Of a stretch of DNA of 64,000 nucleotides, positions 9,646-18,006 are shown in pieces. Source of the DNA: a virus. The DNA lies in the IMG/VR virus record IMGVR_UViG_3300032083_002558, positions 3,903 to 67,902 of that record; one strand, written 5' to 3'. A program made the position numbers and the translations under genes. The first letter of the stretch is position 1. Each line of letters begins with the position of its first letter. The notes under the pieces were generated by a model that ran no database searches, had not been told where the DNA came from, and saw nothing but the letters and a program-made list of their open reading frames with translations.

Positions 9646-10146
9646 CTATTGTGTGTTTTTATTTATTGACATTTCTACTTCACCATTTGCTAGGGCGTTA
9701 GCCACTGTTTTATCAAATGGATTTTTCTTTCTTTGCTCTGTCATTTCATCTACCCATTGTCTCATTTCTTCTTCAATGGATTTCATATTTTTAAAATCTT
9801 TTAATCTACGATAAGCAAACCATCTTAATTTTGAATCAAATTGTAAATCCATTTCATAATTAAGTTGACAATGATAACATCTACCATCAGCTTTATATGT
9901 ATCTTTATCCCATTTTTTTAAGATAAGTTTTTTACAACCAGAACATTTATTATCCCAAGAATGATGTCTAACATTGTTTGTATTTTTTGTTCTATATCCA
10001 TCTCGTTGTTCCCACTCATTACCATCAGAATCAGTCCATTTATCACCAACTTCTCTTTTTTCATCTTGAGAAGAATATCCAACTTGTATTTTACTCTTAT
10101 AGTTTCCATCCAACATATCTTGGACTTTTTGTAAATTTTTACTCAT
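9646..10146 (-). CDS. Hypothetical protein with CxxC...CxxC zinc-binding motif
   Basis: CSGC and CYHC; GAGGA RBS; preceded by a partial late motif. Confidence 0.65.
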   Translation of the reverse strand: MSKNLQKVQDMLDGNYKSKIQVGYSSQDEKREVGDKWTDSDGNEWEQRDGYRTKNTNNVRHHSWDNKCSGCKKLILKKWDKDTYKADGRCYHCQLNYEMDLQFDSKLRWFAYRRLKDFKNMKSIEEEMRQWVDEMTEQRKKNPFDKTVANALANGEVEMSINKNTQ

Positions 10147-10164
10147 ATTTCCTCTTATTCTTGT

Positions 10165-10176
10165 ATATATAAATAT
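10165..10176 (-). promoter_or_regulatory. Partial late promoter motif (ATATTTATATAT)
   Basis: 12-bp core of the 15-mer, in the gap upstream of 10146. Confidence 0.5.
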
Positions 10177-13100
10177 CTAAAAATAAATTAAACCTGTAAT
10201 TTGATTGATTGGAGCAAATGCACCTGTGAATTTATATGTTTTTCCTTTATATTTAAACACTATTCCTTCACTTGGAACGATAGCATCCACACCACCAATC
10301 TTGTTTAATTTATCTAATTGTAATTTTAATGTATTTAATTTATTCTTATTACCACTAGCTTTTACATTCTCTATTGATGTTTTTAATTTTTTTCTAATAC
10401 TTTGAACTGATTTATCTGGATTAGCAGCCATAAATCCTTTTACATTCTTTAATATTTCCGCTCCAACTCCAAAGAACAATTCTTCAAATGGTTTCATATT
10501 TTCTTTAACCATTTTTGCGTGATTTTCTTTATCAGTCTTCAATACCCATTCTAAAAATTCAGATTCATCTTTTAATTCTTTTCTTATTGTAGGTATCTTA
10601 TATGACTTATCAAAGAAAGCCCATCGTTTAGTTAGATTTTCTAAAATATCGTCTGTAATATCATAGTTAAATTGTTGTGCTGCATTATAAATATATTCTT
10701 CCCAATATGATTGATGATATAAACCTAATGTATCATTATCTTTTAATCCATATTGATTTCTTAATTTATTCAATTCACCAATAAATTTAGATTTCATTGT
10801 TCCAAAGTCTTGATGTTTTGGTACATCTAAAAATACAGGTTTTCCTATCTTGTATTTCTTTTGAATGTTTTGGTTTCTTTGTTTAATCATACCAGCCAAT
10901 ACTCTTCCACTTCCTTTTACTTCACCTTTTACATTTCCTTTGTCGTCATAAACCAATGCTCCGTGAAATACCAATTCAGCTTTATCATAATTAACTACAT
11001 TTTCTGATTTAGGCCACATTACCTCTAAATTCATAAAGTTATATCCATTGTTGAATATCTTTTCTTTTTGTTTGTCTGATAATGATTTGATAGCTTTTTC
11101 TAAATCTTTCATAGCAAATACAAAAGCATCTTTTATATCACCTCTACCTTTGAATTTACTTATGATACCTTTTGTATCCAATGCAGTTTTTCCACCATTC
11201 TTAATGTGTCCTTTATTTCTAGCTGCAATAAGTTTTCCGTCTTTCCAACTTATCATAATGTTTTGTCCATCTAATTTCTCTGTAACTCCATCTTCACGAC
11301 TTAATGTTCCACCTAATCCATTTTCTATAATTTTTTTTAAATCACCAAAAGTTAAATCCTTATCATCAAATGGATGTGCCATATGTCCGTAAGCTCCACC
11401 TTCATTCAATAATTCTTTTTTCCACCAATCTTTTGTAAATACATTTTCTTCAACTTCTTCTTTTTCTTGTTGTTTAATTGTATCCACAGTATCTTTAGCA
11501 ATTTGTTTTTTTATATCTTTATCTTGTTTAGTGAATTTCATCAATTCATAACCAACCTCTTCGGCTTTTGTTTTCATCGCTCTAAACCATTTATTGTAAC
11601 CTTTTACTCCTGTTAGGTTTTCTTGGTTGTTTGGTGTAACTCCTGTTCCTATTCCGGCTGGTAAATACGATACAGAATTATGAGGACCAATTGGCCAACC
11701 ATCTAACATTTCATATTCACTTGGTGGTAAGTCATCTGAATTGTTTTGTAATATATAATTAATTACAGTCCAACCAAGTTTTTCTGCTTCTTGATTACCT
11801 CTACCTTTATAATGTTCTGCATTTTTAAACATTAAACTTGGACCTGAATCCACACCTTGAATACCTCCAGCATTTGCGGTGTTTGAAACTTCTAATAATT
11901 TACTCATATCAGTATGAATTAAAAACTCATCTATTTCTTTTGATTTTTCAATTCTAAATTTAAGAGCTGGTCTTCCATTGATTAATAAATCACCTTTTTC
12001 ATTCCAATCCATTGTTTTAATAACAACCTTTTTGTTTTTGAATTTACCCATTCTAACCGTATCACCTATGTTGATTGGTAATTTAATGTCTTCACTCAAT
12101 TGATTTCTTAATTTTTCTATTTCTTTTTGTATCTTTTTTTGATTTGGTGAACCTGGCATTTGTTTGAAAGCTTTAGAATATAATTTACTTATTTGTAATT
12201 TTAATGCTCTATCCTTTTTACTACCTTTTTTAAACCAATCTTCATTTATGTCTTCTGTAGCTAATCTTATCAACTGAGATAACATTTGTGGATTTGATGT
12301 TAAGTATTTTACTAATTGGTTTTTGTTAGTTAATAACTTATTAGGTATTTTTAATTTTTTAATAGCTTTTTTAAAATCAACGTCATGTAATAAATCTCTA
12401 TCCTCACCATCAAAGTGTTTTTTGTTTTTTGGTTTTTCTTTTGTATTATCCCAAGTAACGACATCATTTTCTTTTACAGGTTCCCAACCTCTTTTGATTT
12501 TATCTTTTTTTCTTTTTTGGACACCTGCTTTAGAATCACTACTATCATCAAAGTCATATGTTTCAGGTTCTGCCTCCAACCCATCAATGTGTGGACCACT
12601 ATGATATTGATGATGTTTAAGAAATTGTTTAAATTTTTTCTTATCTGTTGGGCTACTTATTTTCATTTTTTTATATTTATCTGTAACTTTGTTTGGTAAT
12701 GATTCATTCATTTCAAATAATTTTTTAAATTTATTCACCATCATTTGAAACACACCATCGTTAAAGTAACCAAACATCTTCTTAAATAACTTAGCTCTTT
12801 GTTTATCATCAAACTTATCTGAACCCAATAATTCTCTCATTGTAGTTCCACTAACTTCTTTACCACCTACTGATATTGAAACATGTGGTGCAACTAAATA
12901 ATATCCATTTTCACCATAACCTTTTAAATTTTTTTTGTTTTTTAAATAATCTTGGAAATACTTTCCACCACCTCCTAATCTACCTGCATCTTTAGCACCG
13001 AATACATAAACGAATGCTGTTGTTTTTTTATCATATTTCTTTTCTAAATTTTTTGCAACATAAGGTGATTTTTCTTCTATGATGTATTTTGACTTAACAC

Positions 13101-13332
13101 CCATTTTAGACATATGTCTGACTTTTTCTTTAAAGTTCATTGGGTGTCTTGGTGGTTTCTTTATATTGGATGTTGTGATGTATGCTTCATCAACTTTGGA
13201 TTGTAACCATTTATATGTTTTTAAATGATGAGGGCCGAATGGTTGAAATCTACCACCGTATATACCAATGACTTTTTTTATTCCATTGGCTTCTAAAATT
13301 GGTTTTATTATTTCTTCTACAAGTCTATTCAC
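10177..13332 (-). CDS. Multidomain protein: N-terminal HIGH-superfamily (cytidylyltransferase-like) domain plus C-terminal KxDG ligase-like domain
   Basis: IYGGRFQPFGPHH ... VSGTTMRELL (HIGH/KMSKS-like); C-terminal EGGAYGHMAHPFDD, TEKLDGQN, NLEV, EGIVF, YKFTG resembling ATP-dependent ligase motifs. Confidence 0.65.
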   Translation of the reverse strand: MNRLVEEIIKPILEANGIKKVIGIYGGRFQPFGPHHLKTYKWLQSKVDEAYITTSNIKKPPRHPMNFKEKVRHMSKMGVKSKYIIEEKSPYVAKNLEKKYDKKTTAFVYVFGAKDAGRLGGGGKYFQDYLKNKKNLKGYGENGYYLVAPHVSISVGGKEVSGTTMRELLGSDKFDDKQRAKLFKKMFGYFNDGVFQMMVNKFKKLFEMNESLPNKVTDKYKKMKISSPTDKKKFKQFLKHHQYHSGPHIDGLEAEPETYDFDDSSDSKAGVQKRKKDKIKRGWEPVKENDVVTWDNTKEKPKNKKHFDGEDRDLLHDVDFKKAIKKLKIPNKLLTNKNQLVKYLTSNPQMLSQLIRLATEDINEDWFKKGSKKDRALKLQISKLYSKAFKQMPGSPNQKKIQKEIEKLRNQLSEDIKLPINIGDTVRMGKFKNKKVVIKTMDWNEKGDLLINGRPALKFRIEKSKEIDEFLIHTDMSKLLEVSNTANAGGIQGVDSGPSLMFKNAEHYKGRGNQEAEKLGWTVINYILQNNSDDLPPSEYEMLDGWPIGPHNSVSYLPAGIGTGVTPNNQENLTGVKGYNKWFRAMKTKAEEVGYELMKFTKQDKDIKKQIAKDTVDTIKQQEKEEVEENVFTKDWWKKELLNEGGAYGHMAHPFDDKDLTFGDLKKIIENGLGGTLSREDGVTEKLDGQNIMISWKDGKLIAARNKGHIKNGGKTALDTKGIISKFKGRGDIKDAFVFAMKDLEKAIKSLSDKQKEKIFNNGYNFMNLEVMWPKSENVVNYDKAELVFHGALVYDDKGNVKGEVKGSGRVLAGMIKQRNQNIQKKYKIGKPVFLDVPKHQDFGTMKSKFIGELNKLRNQYGLKDNDTLGLYHQSYWEEYIYNAAQQFNYDITDDILENLTKRWAFFDKSYKIPTIRKELKDESEFLEWVLKTDKENHAKMVKENMKPFEELFFGVGAEILKNVKGFMAANPDKSVQSIRKKLKTSIENVKASGNKNKLNTLKLQLDKLNKIGGVDAIVPSEGIVFKYKGKTYKFTGAFAPINQITGLIYF

Positions 13333-13347
13333 AATATTCCTCTATAT

Positions 13348-13376
13348 AATATACGACATTTTTAGTAATTAAACAA
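13348..13376 (-). promoter_or_regulatory. Sigma70-like promoter TTGTTT-N17-TATATT
   Basis: Minus strand AAGCTTGTTTAATTACTAAAAATGTCGTATATT; a second similar copy lies at 42312-42341. Confidence 0.6.
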
Positions 13377-13383
13377 GCTTTAT

Positions 13384-13644
13384 TTACATAACATTTTTGT
13401 TAAACCAAGCTTTTAATTTAGTGCTTAATTCATATGAATCGTCATCATTAAGTTTTCTTGATTCTTTTCTCAATAAACCAATTATTTTAGTAAAAGCTCT
13501 ATCGGCTTTTCCTTCTGTAATTTTTTCTTCTGCTTTAACACAATTACGATATGTTTTACCAAACATTTTTTTTGTTTTACGAGTTGGATGTGTCTTATAT
13601 CCTTTTTGACACTTTTCTGATATTAAGTCTTTTAATTTTACCAT
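13384..13644 (-). CDS. Small basic protein with MVKLKDLISE leader and a two-Cys module
   Basis: Start revised to ATG 13644, overlapping the upstream stop; KCQKGYK...NCVK module. Confidence 0.7.
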   Translation of the reverse strand: MVKLKDLISEKCQKGYKTHPTRKTKKMFGKTYRNCVKAEEKITEGKADRAFTKIIGLLRKESRKLNDDDSYELSTKLKAWFNKNVM

Positions 13645-14756
13645 GTTCGACACGCCCAATATCTAGCTTTATATTTTGGTCCTGGATTATCACAATTATG
13701 TCTTGCTCTAAATGATTTTCTAGCTCCAGGATTTGATTTTCTGATTCTCATCGTTCCACCTTTAGCATCACCACCTTGTCCAAAATGAACAACTACTGTA
13801 TTACCTTTATCATTCTTTACATAAACTTTAAACTTTTTCTTATCACCTTGCATGATTTTATTTAATTTAACTTTTCTACCTTGATATTCTGCTTCTTGTA
13901 AATCCTCACCATTAAATTCAAAGGTATATCCATATCCTTTACCATTTACTTCATAGTAAACTTCTTTTACACAATTAGGCACCATCTTGTCACCTTTTTT
14001 CTTCATACCAAGTTGTTTATATCCAACCCAACAAGTTCCTCGTTTTTCTTCAATTGATTCTTTTTTAGATTTATTGCCCCAATTCTTAGCACCTACTTTT
14101 CTACATTTAACCAAAGCACCACTCGCATAAGCAGAAGGCCATACATCATATCTTGCTTTTACTTTATGATAACAAGCATCTTTCTTTTCTGATAATACTT
14201 CACAATACTCTTCAAGAATAATTTCTGTTAATTTTTCTTTGGATATATCCATTACACTCTCCGATTTTTTCTTTTTACCAGCACAGTGTGCTTTTTGACT
14301 GAATCCTTTTGGATTACTACAATCTATTGACTTTTTATATTTTTGACTCCAACCTTCATTTTTCTTTTTAGTAATCTTTTTCATCTTATTTATATAAGCT
14401 CTATAAACACCAGCTTGAGATGTTTTACCCATCTCTTTTGCTCTTTGTTCCATAGCTACAGCTGCTTGTATTTTGTGAGCGTGTGATTTACCACTTCCGT
14501 TTATTTTACTCACACTAGCTTTCGCATCTTTTACCGTTGCAAACTTTAATCCTTTAATAGTTCCCTTTGGGTTCTCATCCGTGTATAAATCCGAATGTTT
14601 CTTTGAACCTGCTGGTTGTCCTTTTTTTCTTGGTACTCTTGGATTCTTTTTTTCACCCATTTTAATTTGTCCTAAAGGCCTTGGCCCACATCTCTTTCTA
14701 TATTGTGCATCACTTTCACCTGACTTCTTTCTTCTTGGATTACAATTCTTAGGCAC
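13638..14756 (-). CDS. Basic polyprotein of small Cys-pair modules (DUF5872/DUF6321-like)
   Basis: Modules DACYHKVKARYDVWPSAYASGALVKCRK, CWVGYKQLGMKKKGDKMVPNCV, AEYQGRKV...RARHNCD...ARYWAC, separated by Glu-terminated sites. Confidence 0.7.
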   Translation of the reverse strand: MPKNCNPRRKKSGESDAQYRKRCGPRPLGQIKMGEKKNPRVPRKKGQPAGSKKHSDLYTDENPKGTIKGLKFATVKDAKASVSKINGSGKSHAHKIQAAVAMEQRAKEMGKTSQAGVYRAYINKMKKITKKKNEGWSQKYKKSIDCSNPKGFSQKAHCAGKKKKSESVMDISKEKLTEIILEEYCEVLSEKKDACYHKVKARYDVWPSAYASGALVKCRKVGAKNWGNKSKKESIEEKRGTCWVGYKQLGMKKKGDKMVPNCVKEVYYEVNGKGYGYTFEFNGEDLQEAEYQGRKVKLNKIMQGDKKKFKVYVKNDKGNTVVVHFGQGGDAKGGTMRIRKSNPGARKSFRARHNCDNPGPKYKARYWACRTW

Positions 14757-15465
14757 CTGTTTTCACCTTAGTGGTTTTTTGTCCTTTACTTTTTTCACCA
14801 CCTTTTTTAGAATCACCTGCTTTTTTCTGTGCAGCTCTTTTTCTATTAACAAAAGCCGCTATACCTTTCTTTCCAAGTTTTGCTGCTTTGTTAGCAGATA
14901 AACATGCAGCATATGCATCACCTTTTTTACCACCACCACATTTACCAAGTTTTTTACCTGTTGAACTATATCTATCCCAACCACCAGCAGTAGTTCCACC
15001 AGCTCCACCTTTTTTAAACCATTGACTTAAATTTTCATTAGTGACTTCAGGTTGTTGAGCTCTATCAATAATCACATTAACATGTAGTTGAATGAAGTGT
15101 GTATCTTCCTCTTCTTCACCGTGTCCAGTTATTTCTGCAATTCTACCTAATTGAAAAGAAATCGTATTACACAATTTAACGGCGTGGTCGATTGGGTCGT
15201 GGTTTAATGGTTCTTGAGCAACAACTTGTTTTTCCATTTCAAACAAGTGGTCGAAATCTTTAGCTGATTGAATAACTAATTCTTTAGCATCTTCATTTTG
15301 TTTTAATTTTTCATAAAGAGTTACAGCAGATTTACAAATATCAAAGTGTTTGGTTTGATAACCAAATATATCAATGTTTTCACCACCACCAAAATGTTCA
15401 GGTGCATTTTCTGGATATTTGTTTTCTTGTTCTTGTTCAACTAATAATGTTTTTAATTTAATCAT
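14749..15465 (-). CDS. Two-module protein with MIKLKTLLVE leader (His/Cys-containing helical module plus basic Gly/Lys module)
   Basis: Start revised to ATG 15465 (AAGGGA RBS, leader motif); GYQTKHFDIC module, then ENLSQWFKKGG...KC...AC module. Confidence 0.7.
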   Translation of the reverse strand: MIKLKTLLVEQEQENKYPENAPEHFGGGENIDIFGYQTKHFDICKSAVTLYEKLKQNEDAKELVIQSAKDFDHLFEMEKQVVAQEPLNHDPIDHAVKLCNTISFQLGRIAEITGHGEEEEDTHFIQLHVNVIIDRAQQPEVTNENLSQWFKKGGAGGTTAGGWDRYSSTGKKLGKCGGGKKGDAYAACLSANKAAKLGKKGIAAFVNRKRAAQKKAGDSKKGGEKSKGQKTTKVKTGA

Positions 15466-15529
15466 TGTGATTCCCTTGACAGCAATCACATTCACATTTA
15501 CAATTTTCACAACACTTACAATTACTCAT
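15458..15529 (-). CDS. Metallothionein-like Cys-rich peptide (23 aa)
   Basis: Not in ORF track. GGAG RBS; MSNCKCCENCKCECDCCQGNHND with 8 Cys; overlaps both the upstream stop and the downstream start. Confidence 0.65.
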   Translation of the reverse strand: MSNCKCCENCKCECDCCQGNHND

Positions 15530-15860
15530 CATCTTTCTCCTCTTCATCCTCTTCAGTAGCTTCGTGAGAATGTTCTTTTAATTCAACAACTTCTAACATA
15601 GAAGTTGGAATGTTTTTAATTGTTTTGTTACCGAACTTTACATCGTATTTTGTAATAGTTCCATCTTCAAATAATGTGTGATGAATCACTTCACCTACAA
15701 CATCACCATACTTTTCTTTATCGGTGGAAGACTTCCACTCCATATGAGTCGCTCAGTTATGGGCAACTTCTTTGTTTTTCTTTATGATTTGAGGATGAGC
15801 ATCAGTTTCAGCAAGTACTTCTTTGATGATTTCTCTCAATGATTCTTTTGTTAGTTTCAT
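15522..15860 (-). CDS. Candidate selenoprotein (112 aa, in-frame UGA at codon 36)
   Basis: ATG 15860 overlaps the upstream stop (ATGA); frame reads MKLTKESLREIIKEVLAETDAHPQIIKKNKEVAHN-UGA-ATH-MEWKSS..., continuous with track ORF 15522-15743; SECIS-like hairpin directly downstream. Confidence 0.7.
15720..15755 (-). promoter_or_regulatory. Bacterial SECIS-like element
   Basis: UGA GCGACUCAUAU GGAGUGGAAGUCUUCCACC GAU: 11-nt spacer, then a stem GUGGAA/UUCCAC with a GU-containing apical loop and a bulged base, like the E. coli fdhF SECIS. Confidence 0.65.
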
Positions 15861-16417
15861 AGTTTAACTCCTAAACCGACTTTAAATTGAAAGTCTTCTT
15901 GTTTGTTATAGTATTCGTGTTTATATAAACCAAATACATTAATTTTTTCTGTTAACCATTTCTTTATTTCTGATTTTAGATTAATGATATTGTTCTCACC
16001 TAAATCAGACTTAAAAGATAATCCAACATTGTATTCTAAATCGTCTTGTTTTAATTTTTTATTGTATCCTAAACTAGCCAACTTATCTTCATCTTTAATC
16101 GATATACCGAATTTCCATCCGTTATCATCAATACCAAAGTTATAAGTTGTATAAAAAATATCCTTTGATTCTTTGTTCACATAATCCACACCATAATAAA
16201 TAAAATCATTAACGGTATGTGAAAACTTAAACACATCATCTATGTATTTTTCACCTAATTCTCGTTCCCAATCTCTTTTTAATAAATATCTAAATTTTTC
16301 GTTTGTGTTCTCTATTTTAACAGAAAACTCATAATCTAATTTTTTTTCTACATCATTTGGTGTTCTTACACTTAGTGATGTTGATACAATTGTTGCTAAC
16401 AATAATTCCTTTATCAT
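15857..16417 (-). CDS. Putative outer-membrane beta-barrel protein
   Basis: Alternating amphipathic strands; C-terminal FQFKVGLGVKL resembling a beta-signal; hydrophobic N-terminus. Confidence 0.55.
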   Translation of the reverse strand: MIKELLLATIVSTSLSVRTPNDVEKKLDYEFSVKIENTNEKFRYLLKRDWERELGEKYIDDVFKFSHTVNDFIYYGVDYVNKESKDIFYTTYNFGIDDNGWKFGISIKDEDKLASLGYNKKLKQDDLEYNVGLSFKSDLGENNIINLKSEIKKWLTEKINVFGLYKHEYYNKQEDFQFKVGLGVKL

Positions 16418-16620
16418 TTCTTCTTTCCATACTTTGTATGGTAAAATCTTTTTCTATCTATAACCTTACCAGTTTTTGTGTCAAATGTAGTTTCCAACAC
16501 ATATAACTTATTCGTCTTTAGACTTACATATGTTGTAACCTCTATTTTATATCTACCTATTTCAGGTTCTGCTGATACCATAAATGATACCAGCAGTAAA
16601 CCGATTAATAACTTTTTCAT
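16414..16620 (-). CDS. Small exported protein
   Basis: Signal peptide MKKLLIGLLLVSFMVSA. Confidence 0.6.
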   Translation of the reverse strand: MKKLLIGLLLVSFMVSAEPEIGRYKIEVTTYVSLKTNKLYVLETTFDTKTGKVIDRKRFYHTKYGKKK

Positions 16621-16621
16621 A

Positions 16622-17608
16622 CTATTGTCCTATTGGAATCCTATTGAAGATTCTTCGTTCAGTTCTTCCCATAACATCACAATCACCATTGTCATTGTTA
16701 AACTCATCACAATTGAAATAAATATCATTTCCATTATAAGAATACGAACCATCATCACAGAAACCATCACCTAACCAACCTTCAGGTGCACATATGTTAT
16801 TACAATCTTCAATCAAACCAGGTGAACATTCACCAGGTATAACTTCACAATCACCTTCATCAAAGTTTAGTTCTTCACACCATAAATTAATTGGAGTTAC
16901 ATATTGTCCACAATCATCACCACCATTGTATAAACAATCTTGGTACATATTAAAAGCTTCTTCACTTGGGTAAATTGCATATGCTCCATCATCACAATAA
17001 CTATCACCTATCCAAGAAACAGGTGCACAATTTCCATCACAATCTAACATCATTTCACCATAATTTAATGAATACCATTCAGTATTACAATCATTAAATT
17101 CACAATTACCATCATCTACATTTGCATTCATATCATAATTTATAGCGTCATCATTCATACAACCATAAACTATATCATTTAATTCAATACTAAATGAAAA
17201 ATCTAATCTATTTGGTCTTGTGTTTGTTATTTCTAAATAATAAATTCCCTCTGTTACAATACCAACCTCAACACCATTTCCATTTGTTGCAAAAGAATAC
17301 AAAGGTGGTGGAGCTCCTAACTCACCATCACATGCTTCAAATAAAGCACAATGAAAACCAGCTTGGTTTAAATTTATTGTGAATAAAGTGGTTTCACTTA
17401 AATCAAAAGCTAACCAAGTTGTAGCTCCACCCTCAAGTGATGCTTCAAACTCCACACTATTCCAATCATACAAATTAGATGCTTCACAACCAACCAATAC
17501 AGGTTCGTCATCATTACCACCATCATCAGGTGATGTTGGACTTGAACCATCACAACTGAATGTGAATAGTAACATAAAACTCATTAGATACATTAATAAT
17601 TTATTCAT
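16622..17608 (-). CDS. Lipoprotein with acidic Cys-rich (LNR/Notch-like) repeats
   Basis: Lipobox-like FTFSC; GCMNDDAINYDMNANVDDGNC motif; two WxGDxxCDDG...C.EF/LN.D.GDC repeats. Confidence 0.7.
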   Translation of the reverse strand: MNKLLMYLMSFMLLFTFSCDGSSPTSPDDGGNDDEPVLVGCEASNLYDWNSVEFEASLEGGATTWLAFDLSETTLFTINLNQAGFHCALFEACDGELGAPPPLYSFATNGNGVEVGIVTEGIYYLEITNTRPNRLDFSFSIELNDIVYGCMNDDAINYDMNANVDDGNCEFNDCNTEWYSLNYGEMMLDCDGNCAPVSWIGDSYCDDGAYAIYPSEEAFNMYQDCLYNGGDDCGQYVTPINLWCEELNFDEGDCEVIPGECSPGLIEDCNNICAPEGWLGDGFCDDGSYSYNGNDIYFNCDEFNNDNGDCDVMGRTERRIFNRIPIGQ

Positions 17609-17619
17609 TTCATTTCCTC

Positions 17620-17997
17620 CTAAAACTTATTTCCAAGTATTTCCTCAACTACTTCGTCAAGTTCATCTGTTGTTGTTTTCAAAGTGAAACTCATATCACC
17701 TTGAAGTCTTTTAACTTCTTCCCCATCATCAAAAAAGATAATCGTTGGAAGTATCACTACATTATTATCAGCTTGAATATTTGGAAAATTATCAATATTC
17801 ACTCGATACACTTTTGCATCAAATGAATCCCATTCATCAATTGCTGTAACTTTATTCACTTCATTCCATCCAGCCCAAAACTCAACAGCCACTAAACCTC
17901 TATTGGTTGCTTTATTGAAATTCTCATCTGTTAATTCTCTTACACCACCGAAAAGGGATGTAATCATTAAACATAGTATAAATATTTTCTTAAACAT
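17620..17997 (-). CDS. Exported thioredoxin-fold protein lacking CxxC
   Basis: LTDENF...VAVEFWAGWNEVNK...RVNID...VVILPTIIFFDDGEEVKRLQG matches thioredoxin, but WCxxC is replaced by WNEVN; signal peptide present. Confidence 0.8.
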   Translation of the reverse strand: MFKKIFILCLMITSLFGGVRELTDENFNKATNRGLVAVEFWAGWNEVNKVTAIDEWDSFDAKVYRVNIDNFPNIQADNNVVILPTIIFFDDGEEVKRLQGDMSFTLKTTTDELDEVVEEILGNKF

Positions 17998-18006
17998 AAC
18001 CTTCTC

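Noticed and set aside
15466-15510. N-terminal extension MKIVNVNVIAVKGIT of ORF 14749-15510
   Set aside because: It is an alternative-frame reading of the Cys-rich micro-ORF; the leader motif and RBS point to ATG 15465.
15522-15743. 73-aa ORF starting at ATG 15743 as the complete gene
   Set aside because: It has no SD upstream and would leave a coupled, RBS-bearing 35-codon frame (15860-15756) orphaned. A nonsense mutation or sequencing error is not excluded, but is less parsimonious given the SECIS-like hairpin.
15753-15755. Genome-wide UGA reassignment (Trp or Gly) as the explanation for the in-frame TGA
   Set aside because: Several genes end in TGA with ATGA overlaps (322, 15857, 16414, 29845), very long ORFs are uninterrupted under the standard code, and Trp is encoded by TGG. 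The event looks site-specific.
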